Shown here one piece after another: positions 12,876 to 25,150 of a stretch of DNA of 64,000 nt. Source of the stretch: Azolla caroliniana (taxonomy: Eukaryota > Plantae > Polypodiophyta); assembly GCA_043228905.1 (NCBI GenBank), contig JBHGNT010000001.1:4712001-4776000 (forward strand), written 5' to 3'. A program made the position numbers and the translations under genes. The notes beneath the pieces were generated by a model. It did no database searches. It was not told where the DNA came from and saw only the letters and a list, made by a program, of their open reading frames with translations. Every line of letters starts with the position of its first letter. The stretch's first letter is position 1.

Positions 12876-14049
12876 CACTCAACTCCCCATTTCATCATCA
12901 AACCTAGAGAATGGCCCTCATCGAAGAAATATCTATTTGTTGTGTTTGGCCTACTCCCGATGAAATTACAATGTTGTGTTGAAGTTAATGATTTTGGCAT
13001 AATGAGAGAACTTCCATTAGCTAGCAACAATTAACCTCCATGTGCAGTCAATGTATATTTGCACATTACTATTGAGTCATTCCAAACCTACCTGCCATTT
13101 ATGACAAATGTATAACGTTAAATTCCCAAATGCGTAGTGTTTATTGATAAAACATAGATATGTCGCAAGCACGCTCACTAGACCATAAGACAAGCAAGTG
13201 TGTGTGTCGACACTACAGTAGAAACATGGAATCATTACTCTTTTTCCCAACACTATTCTGCCCTAATACTCACAAAAGAAAAGTGTAATGGTGAGCATGT
13301 CAAACTTGTACACTATGAAAGTGTTTACAATTATCCATGGATAAACATGCATATCGATCTCGGACTATCTATGTCAATAGAATTTGAGATTAACATAGTT
13401 TTAACCTAGCATGAAGAATTAATCAAAGGTTACATGCATGATCACATCCCACAATATGCCAGTAGCCCTCCAACCATGCACATACAAAAATGCATATGCA
13501 TGTTATGTGATAATGCATGACATGTGGCACATCAAACATTCTTTGCATATATAGGAAACTATTTTTTAGTTATAATGAATGTGATCATGCCAGAGAATGT
13601 TTTACTTCTCCAACCTCGTTGATAATGCATGCCATGTAGCACATTGGGCATTGAACTATTTTTATTTATCTAGTGAGTAAGGCATGGGATTTGCACATTG
13701 AAGATGACTCTCAATTTGATTATCTCAAAGAATGCATATATTTAGATATGTATACTCTATTGGTTGGAACCCATAGTGCAAACATTTAAATGAATATTAA
13801 GTAAAAAAGTATTTCAAGTAAATACTATAGAAATTTAATTGGACATTATAGTAGTATAGAAGGAAGTTAAGTACATTATTTCAATTGGAAAGAGGTGAGG
13901 GTGGGACAAGCTTTTAAACTCCCATTTGCTCTTTTTTTGTTATGGTTTAAAAACATTGTTGTGAGTTTGAGATAGGGCCCTTGCATAGTGTCACTAGATG
14001 ATTTAGATGTATGAGCATTGAATATGATGGAATTGAAAGTAAATAGTAT

Positions 14050-14700
14050 GGAAGATAGACCAATGTTTGAGGCTTAATCGTTGATTTCTTTTTCATTTGA
14101 GATAACTTTGACGTTTTTTAACAACCTAAATTTATGCAAGTATGGAAGAGAGTATTAAGGCTGTTGATATTGATACATGCTAATTGTGTGATCACTTGGG
14201 GTGCGGTTAGGTGGGGCATTCTAGAGGGACAACTGTTGTTATATGAAAAGGAGAATATAGTGGAAGCCTTTCACATAGTTCCTCCTCATATACAAACGGT
14301 TCAACATTTTGTAATTGATAGTTTGCAATTTAGGGATGATATTATTTGGAAGACAATTTCATCTATTCTAATGTGGGTAATTTGGAAGGTGCAATCACCC
14401 GTGATGTTTCTGTTATAATGGTTGAATTCTGGTTATTACTTATTCATACATTACGTGGTCAGTATGAAAGTTTTACAAACAATGTTGATGTCATTTTCAG
14501 GAAGCAAATGCATTTAAAAAGGTTATGGGATTCAATGCTCATTTGTAGGGAAGATGGAGATCATATAATATGGATGTATATTGTTCCTGTCATTTTGGGA
14601 AACAACGTCTACTAACTTTGTTTATGGACTCTGTTGCTACAGATGTTGGTGTCACGGACATGACAATAGTCATGTCAAGATTTGCACTCTTTACCTCGTA
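14050..14700 (+). mobile_element. Degenerate LINE (L1-like) 3' remnant, same family as 9808-11400
   Basis: ORFs 14134..14418 and 14346..14615 contain ITWGAVRWG, MWVIWKV and VEFWLLLIHTLRG, collinear with the motifs at 10-10.5 kb. Confidence 0.6.
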
Positions 14701-16730
14701 TATTATAGTCAAGTGTTATGTTCTAACCAATACATCCAAAAACATGCTCATGTTATGTATATCTTAGTACATTATTGGTAGATTATATGTTTCAAGTTCT
14801 AGGAATTTTTAGAAAGTTCTGGAACTAGAAGGTTCCAGAATATTCTAATGCATGTACTTCGACTCACAGTATAAATACTTGTAACTTCCTTGGTCACTTT
14901 CAAGGGATTCAACGCCAATCATTGACACATCAATCTAGTATTCTCGTTTCACCCCATCTTGTCTCCTTGATCTTCATATTTGTCTTCATGCTTGAAGAGA
15001 TTTGCAATGCATGAAGAGATTTGGTCTAACATGCAATAGGATAAGTGCCACAATAAGGAAGGAATGAGCACAACAAGGGGCTAAACAACAACTACCAATA
15101 ATTATAGTTGTTGGGCCCAACTTATGCCATGATCAATTCAATCAACATGAGAAAAATCCTCAAAATGTAATGATGCATTTATTGGTTCAAAAGCAAATAG
15201 AACCAAGATCAAAGTCGAGGAATGGAAAGAGTGGTAGAAGAAAACATGATTCCCCTTTGGACACACAATGAGAAGCTAATTTGTAATAATGACCATATGA
15301 AAAGAAGAGAACCACCACCGCATTTGCGAAGAACCCCATCTACATGTCTTGCAATATGAAAAGGCAATCACACACATGTATGACCACGATGACCATACCC
15401 CTCTACAAAGAAAAATTGGGGAAACATTGAGGTTATCGTGGTTGCTTTAGCAAGTAATATTGAGGATTTTCTAGATGCAAAGGAATTATACCCATGCCCA
15501 CTCCCCACTACTCTTCCTCGGAAGGGTTGACTCTTTTGCACACAACCATCTTAACAATGTGGGACTTCATGAACTTGCTCAACTTAGCATACCTCGTCTA
15601 TTTTCATGTGACTCCGAATATGGAAGACCTTCAAACTACTTTCAACATCTATTCACAAACTTCCTGCATTAACAAAATGCTTCGTGCTCAATATGCCCCT
15701 CAGTGAAGATGGACTTAGTGAGTTCATTTAGTTAGTAAAAACTTGGTAAACAACGTGGAGCAAAGCCTTCTCAATGGGAAGACTTGCCATTGCTAAGGAT
15801 TAAACGATTTGGTTGGTCGAACTCCAATAAGAAGGGATCAAACAATATCGGGAATATCAAATGGCAATAAGTTAATATGCCAGAATGTTCCTTGAGAAGG
15901 CATATGAAGGTGACAATGACAAAATAAACCTAGATGGCTAGCATGAAACCAATGATGGTTGGTATCTACCCCTGTCTCCACCTCACAAGCCACCCTCATT
16001 CCTAAGCCATCACCCATCCTTATCACCACTAGTCAACCCTGCTTAGTAAGTAGGTTGAACATTCTTGACTATTGACATACAAGTGACAATACACATCCTC
16101 ATGCTTCCAAATCTCATTGAAGGTCCTTCTATTTGAGCATCCATGCTTCCATCGATATGACTGCCCTGTTTAGGTCTCACCTTTGATCTACATATAAGAC
16201 CATAATAGGTGCAACATGATGGATCTCTACCATTCAAGCATACTACGGTGGATTTGCAAAGGATGAATGGGTTTACATAGTAAGTACACCAACATTCCTA
16301 ATTATGACATACAAAGCATCATATGCATCATCATGTTACTCCAAATCCTATCGAAGGCCCCTCCATTTGAGTACCATGCTCCCATTGATATGATCCCCCT
16401 CATCTTTGACCTATATGAAAACCCTACTATGTGCCCTGGTGATGCACCTCTAAGTGTTGATTAATATCCTACCCTTGCCTTGCCAACCAAACTTCGAAAT
16501 TATGGTTGATACATTGTTTGTTTCGCCTTTACTCCAACTATGGATGCATCTGACCCTCCATGTTTCCACGCTATGCCACATATCATTGGTTTGTGGGCAT
16601 TGCAATTGAGTTGTTCTTTAAGTTTACCACACTAATGGGAGACGTCTTGACTACTCCAACTCTTGCAACGTGGTCTACTACCCACGTGTTGACCTGCCAC
16701 CTCCATGCCATACACCACCCACCTCACCAC

Positions 16731-18189
16731 TAGGAATCGGCAACGGCTCGGCTCAAGCCTAAACCGTTTAGATAAACCGGTTTAGACCGGTTTGGCGGTT
16801 TGGCGGCTCGGCTCGACTCGGCTTAGGTTTGAGTCGGGTTAAACGGTTTGAGCTCGGCTCGGCTCGGCTCAAGTTGTGCTAAACCGGCTCAAACCGGCTA
16901 AGCCGATTATTAAAATTAGGTCACAGTAAAAGTTAAAACACTTAAAAAGTTAAAACACTTAAAAAGGTTAAAGTCTACAGTCTTAAGACTTAAGTCTTAC
17001 ACTACGACTCACAATCTACAGTCTACAGAATATCATGATCCTAATGTCGAAGATTCTCCACCCAATGATGCATGTGAAGGATCTCAATTTGAATATATGG
17101 AGTTTTGGTGTATGACCAATGAGAAATCTCATGATTCATCAATCCGGTCAGAAATTGAAGATTTTTTGAAGCTTCCACGATCCAAGACTACCATATCTGA
17201 CGTTCTACATTGGTGGTTTACAAATAGGTTTCATCAATATTGCATCATATTTTATTAAACACATTTGTTGCTATTGTTGGTAATTAAGAAACACAATCTA
17301 ACATTATCTTTTTTGGCCATTTGAAACAGAACTACTTTTCCAAGGATGTACAAAATGGCATGTGATTATTTAGCAATTCCAGCTTCATCGGTGCCTTCAG
17401 AGGAAGCTAACTCCGAAGCTCGTGATAACTTTGAAGATAGGTACCGGTTGCATTCATGCACTTTCAAGGCAGAAATGTGTATACGATCTTGGGTAGATTT
17501 GCTTGACAATGTAAACATTCCTCTACCGGAAGATATTAATGATGCCTATAATAGTTTAGATATCAATTTAGAAGAGATGATGGCAGAGGATGATGTTATT
17601 GAATACTTGTATTTGGACAAGTGAAAATGGTTGGAATATAACCAACTCGAACAACTAATGATTTCTTACACTTTTTGAATAGTAAACATTTACATTTTCT
17701 CATTGTAAGTTTTCTAGTCTTTTTTAAACTATGAGACATTTGTCTTGTTTTTCTTTAAATTCTTTTTCATTGATTTTGTTTTCATGCTATTGTTGGTACT
17801 AAAGAGACATTTTGATCCTTGCAAACTGTTTCAATCGTCCTTAAATTCACTAATTGTTCAGTGTTTTACTTGTTTTTATCGGTCTTCATCAAGTCTTTAG
17901 TGTTTTACTTGTTCACTAATTGTTCAGTGTTTTACTTGTTTAGGGTTAGGAGGATTTAACATATATTTCAATTTGTCAAGTTACAATAATCCAAACCGCT
18001 TCCCAAACCGCTTTCCAAACCGTTTCCTAAACCAGTTTAGACTAAACCGGTTTAGCCTAAACCAGTTTAGGGACTGGTTCGGTTTGGTTTGGTTCAAGTT
18101 TGAGAACCATTAAACGGTTTAGGCTTAGCCGGTTTGGCTTGGATAAGGCCAAACCGGCTAAGCCTAAACCGAGCCGTTGCCGATTCCTA
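16731..18189 (+). mobile_element. hAT transposon internal-deletion derivative (1459 bp)
   Basis: TIRs TAGGAATCGGCAACGGCTCGG / CCGAGCCGTTGCCGATTCCTA. Exact 8-bp TSD CTCACCAC (16723-16730, 18190-18197). Dense subterminal AAACCG/GGCTC repeats and an internal transposase fragment. Confidence 0.95.
17097..17624 (+). pseudogene. hAT transposase C-terminal dimerisation-domain fragment, intron 17228-17329
   Basis: Spliced translation SEIEDFLK...DVLHWWFTNR|TTFPRMYKMACDYLAIPASSVPSEEANS...AEMCIRSW matches the hATC consensus (WW...FP.L...A..YL.IPASS...SE). Confidence 0.85.
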
Positions 18190-19093
18190 CTCACCACCCC
18201 ACATTCCACACTCCATGCCTCTTGTGTCATCCATTGTTCCCTAACCCTTCAACCCCAAAACTTCTCCCTTTAACACGTTGGGGAAATGATTCACTTGGAA
18301 AGGCTTCCCAACCTCAGATTGCATGTGGAAAGGAGAGGAACTAATCTAGGCTAATCTAGGTATGACAAAAACTTAACATGAATAGCGAAGAAAAGAGTAT
18401 ACAAAGAGTATGTAGAAGTTGGCCCTTGTTACAATAGAGTATTATTTTACATGGGAACAAAGGTATCCATTCTTGGGCACCCTAATAGGAGTGTGGCCTA
18501 TTATCCTTCACCCCAATACCATTGCCATGTATTCTTTTTGTCATGTTAAGGTAGATAAAACTAGAGAAGTTTGTAAATGATAGAGCTCACAAACTCTCCA
18601 ACTCGAGCAAATCATCTGTACCCATTTCTTGGATTTCAAAACAATCCAGGTAACCTTTTGTCATCTTTGGACGATTATGTCATTTTGGATTGTTGTCACC
18701 ACTAGACAGCTCGTGCCATTGTGCGAGTTACCTCCCACATGTTGATTATTAGCCAATACATGGTAACTTGCACCTTTTGTACTCTTTGGCACATATCACC
18801 ACTCGATTATTAGTTGTCGCTCGGGATCTTGTAATGGCTACGCATGTTGGATTGTGAAATCCCTTGATAATTTTGGATATGATTGAATTCACCCACCTTT
18901 AGATAGTGTGCTTGTCACTTTGGTAAATTCAAATGCCTACCACAACTTCTCGAATGCGCGTTACCACTCTATCGTTACCACTCTATCGATAAAGATGCCA
19001 AAATCTCTTCCTTGTCGTGGTATTGCCTGGTGAGGATAACTTTGGAAGCCATGTCGCTAGACATAGATAATACATAGATGCCGAGGCACACAA

Positions 19094-19096
<3 letters not shown>

Positions 19097-19151
<55 letters not shown>

Positions 19152-19212
19152 CTACTGTATGACACACATACACACACACACACATCTACTGTATGACACA
19201 CATACACACACA
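19097..19212. repeat. Compound (CA)n microsatellite with duplicated TCTACTGTATGA spacer
   Basis: Read directly from the sequence. Confidence 0.9.
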
Positions 19213-19420
19213 TATAGTGTAATGTAGATTATGGCGATCCAATGGACGATTGATTGATTTTGAGAGAATAGGAGAGTGGACATATAATCACATAATCCTG
19301 GTCCAGAGATTTCTATGAACCTTAACACATTTTTAAAAAAACGCACTCCTTCATTCCCTTCTTCTCTTTTTTTCTTTCTCTTTCCCATTCATTCGTTCAT
19401 TCATTGAGGTGCTAAATTTT

Positions 19421-19458
<38 letters not shown>

Positions 19459-19491
19459 CTTTTCTATTTTATGTTCTTTTGCTTGCCGCCA

Positions 19492-19534
<43 letters not shown>

Positions 19535-19992
19535 CCCTTCTGCGATTTGTGCAGAGCAAAAACAGATCTGCTTCACTACTCTGATCCTGCAGATAACGCA
19601 GAGAGGAGTGCGGGCTCCTCCTCCTGTGAGCAGGGGAGAGCAGAGCAGAACAGAGCAAACCCAGAGCAAAACAGAACAGAATCAGAGCAACGCAGAAGCA
19701 TCAAGCCTTGTGACGGGTGATAAAAATAGTTCCATCTTCATATTTGATCACTCATCATCGTCATCAACGTCGTCACCATTATCCATCGTTGTTGTCAGCG
19801 TCATCATTTATGCATTGCGAATTGTGGTGGTTAGGACATCGCCAAAGGAGAAATCGACGCGTTAACTGAAGAGAACATCATCACATTGCGAATTGTGATT
19901 TGGAACTCATTTACAACATCATCATCATCATCATCATTGTGCAACATCGAGGATACATCATCATCAACATTCGTCTATGATCTCAAGGTTCC

Positions 19993-20032
<40 letters not shown>

Positions 20033-20433
20033 AGGCTGTTGCATTAACACAAGGGCTCAAAATATAGAAATGGAAAACATTTTCTTTATTCATCATTTTC
20101 TAAACAATGTTATTAGAAGGTCGAGTGGCTCTTTCTGAACACATTTGGGCCCTAATACATGTATCTATGTATAGCATGGGGCTCTTTCAACAGTTCGTGA
20201 TGTGGCTTCAAGAATATGATAAATAAAACAATAGCAACATTATGTGCAAACAACAATTCTTGTAAACATATACAAAAAATACAAACTTTATTTGAAAATG
20301 TTTTACATATAGAGAATGATATATGATATGCATACATACATACATATATATAAATAAATAGATAGATATATTTCCTCGCTTCATGTTTGTTCTATTGTTA
20401 ATTGTTTAGGTGAATCAAGGTCCATTGAGAATC

Positions 20434-23400
20434 ATGAAATCGTGCGATTGGTCATGTGGGCAGCCCTTATCTGATGGTAAAGAAACTTTCAACAGCCGGA
20501 AAAATCCGCGTGGTACTAGAAACACAAAAATGGAACCCCAGACACCTGTACCAAGTGCAGGTATTAATATCAAAAGAATTGTAAAATTTCTGAAATACCC
20601 CTACCCTTCCTCCCAGGTTTTTCATTAGTTCCCATGAGTCAAAATTGGCCTCTCTATGGATGCTAAAAATATCTATTATCTATTAGTTCCCCATATGACA
20701 TTGAGTTTCATTATTCCTCTGAAATACCCGTAGTCAACCCCCACAAATGAGCCCATTATATGTGCTACTTGAGCAATCACAGGCTCATGCTTTAGGAGCT
20801 TGACCAAAGCTGTTTCAGGGGATAAGGAAAACTTGGGAGAGTGGGGGGGTGGGTGTATTTTGGAGTTCCTTTATAAACCCATCAGTTATTTTGAAAATAA
20901 ACTAAATCTTCATGTAGTAGTCAACATTTTTTTTTCTGTTTGTTGAATTCATATCAGTTTCTCCGGCAATTAAAGTTCAGACGCCCATCAGTTCATGCCG
21001 CTATGACAATTCGCTTGGTAATGGCGAAACCTTTAGTTCATTTATTGTTTTGCTTTTTCTTGAATTTTGTCTAATCTAAAGTATATATATGTATTTCTTT
21101 TGTTCCTCAGGATTACTCACAAAAAAGTTTGTAAAACTAATAAAGGAAGCTGATGATGGAGTTCTTGATCTGAATAAAGCAGCTGATATGTTAGGGGTTA
21201 GTTATTACCAATACTTTTTCTAAACATGGCTTAACCATCATTAACATAATTGAAACAGTCATATGAAGAAGGCTATGGTTAGAACATCATTAACAGTTTA
21301 AATGAATTTCAGGTTCAAAAGAGGAGAATTTACGATATTACTAACGTATTGGAAGGTGTCGGACTTATCGAAAAGAAACTGAAAAACAGAATACAGTGGA
21401 AGTAAGCTATATAGTTGTTTTATAATCAGGTTTGAAAATAGTTTAATTTTTTTAGAGGGGTTGCATTTTATGAGGTTTCATACATGGCTTTACAGGGGTT
21501 TAAATTCTTCAACTGAATGCAGTAGTATCATCAATGAATCTGGATTCTTAAAGGTAGAAAAATCGCAACAATGTCCATAAATCTATTTTGTTTAGTTTTA
21601 ATTAAACATTAAACCCTAATTCTCAAAAATGTGTTTTGATCACAGGAAGAGGTTGAAAGGTTATTTCTACAAGAGAGGAAACTTGACCATTGTATTAGGT
21701 AATATGCTGTTGCAAATCCTTCATATGGTATGTGTGGGTTTTCATTTTTCTCCCCGTCAACTTAAAAGACTGTGAAAAAAAATGTTTTCAGAGAAACACA
21801 AGAACGATTGAGGATAGCTAGTGAGGATGAAAACAATAAACAGTATCCTTTCTTCTCTTTTAAATTTCTGCATTTATAATCTAGAACCTTTTAGTGGCTG
21901 CGATTTTCCTGATTTTTTCTTTACTTATGTAGATGGCTTTATGTTACTGAAGAAGACATAAAAAACCTACAATGTTTTCAGGTAAGATGTTCATTTATAT
22001 AGGAGATCTATGATCTACGTTAACTTTTTCTAGAAAACCTCTGAGTGAATGAAACTTTTATTGGTATAGAATCAAACTCTGATTGCTATAAAGGCACCGC
22101 ATGGAACCACGCTAGAAGTGCCTGATCCGAATGAGGTAAAACCGACAAGGCTTATTATAAAATATTGTGATTCAAATGCATGAAAAAAAGAGTTTGTCTT
22201 TTGTGCAAATATGTTTAGGAAATTGTCCAAAAAAGAAATTCCTTGACCATTTTAGGGTGTTGAATATCCGGAGAAGAGATACCAAATACTGTTGCAAAGT
22301 GTGACAGGACCCATAGATGTTTACCTAGTGAGGTATGCACATCATTTTTACATTCCTAACTTTGATTAGATTATGTCATAGACATGTGGTCCAAATAATT
22401 GCCATACTGTTATGTGGCCATATCTTTTTTTGTGCAGTCAATTCGAAGAGAAATTTGAGGAAATGGGATGTGCCAGAACAGTACCAGTCGACACAATGCT
22501 CACAACTGGTTCAACTGAAACAAAAACTCAAATGATTTCAGACACCATACATACTCATGGGGTGTTTGGAAAAAAGGTACCCTTGACTAAAATTGCAGGG
22601 GTCAAATTTTGAACTTTCCTGCTGGAAATACCTATATAATTGGACCAAAATATCTGTCTGAAATATATATCATATTTCCACTGAATTTTGATGATTTTTT
22701 GTACTTTGTATCTATTTTTCATTCATAAAAAAACGAAAGTTTGGATGATTGATAATAAAAAAATCATAAACATCCTAGGAATCTGTTTTTTTTTTTTGTC
22801 AAAAGTTCTGCTCATTCTTTCTATGAATCAACAGGAAACGCAGATGATTAGTAAAGCAAATTTCCCAGAACAATGTGTGAACCATGTGTTGCCAGAGATG
22901 CTCGATGCAGCAGACTCCTTTGGATCTGGACTTGCTAGTCCTCATCATCAAGACATCGGAGGAATTATGAGGATCCTTCCATCGGATGTGAATGTAAGTC
23001 ATATGCGGAGGTGATCCTATTCTTTAATACATTATTAGGAAAATTTACCCAAATCCTTCATAAAATTCCCCAAATAATGTTCATTTTTAAACCGCGCAAT
23101 CCTCTGAATGGATACAAGCTTCCCACTTGGCTGAAATGATCTCTGTATATTAATTCTGTCCTTACTTTTTATACAGGTTGATTCAGATTACTGGCTTCTT
23201 TCAGACTCAGTTGTTGGAATAACCGATATGTGGAGAAGTGATCGTATCCTTGGACAACTTAGATTGATTTTATTTCGAGTTTTGTTTTATTTTGTTTAAA
23301 TGCGTTTGAGTTTGTATCAAATTGAATGAATAGCAACATTGGACCTTGACTTTGTTTATAGCTTCCCAGACTCCTTGGGATGATGTTGTGAATCTTGCTG

Positions 23401-23474
23401 TTGATGAATTCGATATGGTGGGTGATGAGAATTCTCACCCTCAAACTCCTCCTATCAGTGTGAACTCGCATTGA
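20434..23474 (+). CDS. E2F: E2F transcription factor (E2Fa/b-like), ~14 coding exons
   Basis: Spliced exons give SSCRYDNSL|[29 protein letters not shown]|[30 protein letters not shown] (DNA-binding domain), [30 protein letters not shown] and GPIDVYLVS (marked box), and DYWLLSD...ITDMW (RBR-binding). The start ATG at 20434 is inferred; a probable 5'UTR exon ends at ~19987. Confidence 0.93.
21843..21932 (+). other. U12-type (minor spliceosome) GT-AG intron in E2F
   Basis: Donor GTATCCTTT. Branch-like TTCTTTAC 6 nt before the AG. Splicing preserves the frame NNKQ|WLYV. Confidence 0.8.
23244..23361 (+). other. U12-type GT-AG intron in E2F (last intron)
   Basis: Donor GTATCCTTG. Branch CCTTGAC 9 nt before the AG. 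Splicing preserves the frame MWRSD-P|SQTPWDD. Confidence 0.8.
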
Positions 23475-25017
23475 TGAGGTCTTATAGAACTCTATAATAT
23501 ATCCCAACTCAGTGTTGTGGGTGATTCACTTTCAGATCATGCCATGAAGGTTGCATGTATATTCACTAAGATCTGTAATTCTGATGAAATGAGATCAGGA
23601 TTATGGTGAAACAAAATAGGGGTTCATATTCAATATGCAGACCACCTCATCTTCCTCATCCAAAATTGATGCCAACCCTTAAAACTCGATCAAATGGTGT
23701 TGATGTTAATTCTATCCTCACATCGAGTGCTTACAGGTCAAGAAAGTAAAAGAAAGATAAGCGTAAGTAAAGCAAAATATCGGACAGAAAAGATGCTCTT
23801 CAATTTACCAACTAATATGGAGTATATATTAAAAAGATTACCGTGGTCTGTTGTTGTAAGCCCTTTGTATTAACTTGACATATATGTAACATCATTTCTT
23901 GTAGTAGAGTTTTGAGGATGCAATCAATCGTCATATTACAATGATATTTTCCAACTTCCATATGAGTGATCTATTGTGCCATTCTCATTGAAGTGTCGCA
24001 TATCAATCCTCTTTTAATGATTCAAGGCATGTTGTAATATGATGATGAAGCAATGTCTTACATGTAGTAAGATGAAGCTACAAACAATGCAATGCATGTA
24101 ATGCTGGAATGCTCTGTGAAGATGGAAGGATGTAAGAGTCAATTCGATGTGTATTTGAAGTTCTTAGGTACAATAAGGTGCATTAAAGGAATACTTTTGT
24201 GAAGATATGTGAGGATGAAAGAGTTGTTGCAATGTGTATTTGAATGCTATTGTGCATAGCTAGTTATTTCCTTCTAGATACATCACTCATGTATATGATA
24301 TATGGTGATAGTAACTTCTACATAATATATATGTTGATCAACAAACTTTGTAGTAACACCCTTATTACTTAATTTCATGTAGGATAAAATAGTAGCATAT
24401 GGCCATAGAACAATGGACATTCAGGGTTAGCTCAAACAGGAAGCTTAAATCAGACCATGATGATGATGTCTTCAAACAGGAAGGTGCCCAAGCAACCTGT
24501 AAGTGTTGGGTCAATTTATGTGCAAAATCACCTCATAAAAGAAATGGCATTCTTTTAAGAAAGGCACTTTGGGCATGATGGGCCAAGCTTGTCTATCTAA
24601 TTCAAGGACATTCCCAGCTTTTATGTGAGCATCCTTGTTTGTAATCTCTTCTTGCAAAAGTTGATTAGGTTTTCATAAGCTATATGCATTAGCCATGTAA
24701 ATACATGCATAAAATTATTCCAATTTTGTTATCTTGTGTACAATATGGAGTTGAAGTAAATAAAACCTCAACGGCAACAATAATCCCATTCATTTTTGTG
24801 CACGAAAATGGCTCTATTATAGAGAGTATCAATAATGATGTCACACATTTTATCCATATGATGGTTGTTCCCAAACAAGAACATTTCAGGTTCACTGGAA
24901 AAGAACAAATAAGGAATGCATAACTTTAGGTCCATGTAGGTAGCTCCACGTATGTCTTCATAAGGGCTCATTCATTGCTATTGCAAAATAAAGCAATACC
25001 AACTTGCCATCCTACAC

Positions 25018-25150
25018 AATTGTATGGATAATTTTATGTTGAGTGTGAATTGTGTAATTGTATGGATAATTGTAGCTTGTGTATGGATAATTTTATGTTG
25101 AGTGTGAATTGGGTAATTGTATGGATAATTGTAGCTTGTGTGTATGGATA
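25018..25150. repeat. ~59-bp tandem repeat built of TGTATGGATAATT subunits
   Basis: Two copies of TGTATGGATAATTTTATGTTGAGTGTGAATTG...GTAGCTTG. Confidence 0.85.

Noticed and set aside
14714-15032. Possible solo LTR (TG...CA ends, TATAAATA, TTCTAGAA-like motifs)
   Set aside because: No matching TSD, PBS or PPT could be identified.
15300-16700. Possible gag / zinc-knuckle remnant (GYGHRGHTC on the - strand)
   Set aside because: Too degenerate; the first cysteines are missing and there are no supporting domains.
16740-16910. Short regularly repeated motifs resembling a CRISPR or iteron array
   Set aside because: Eukaryotic context, no unique spacers; explained as hAT subterminal repeats.
18983-19865. 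ORFs with CV/SL/ER dipeptide runs
   Set aside because: Translations of (CA)n and (CT)n microsatellites.
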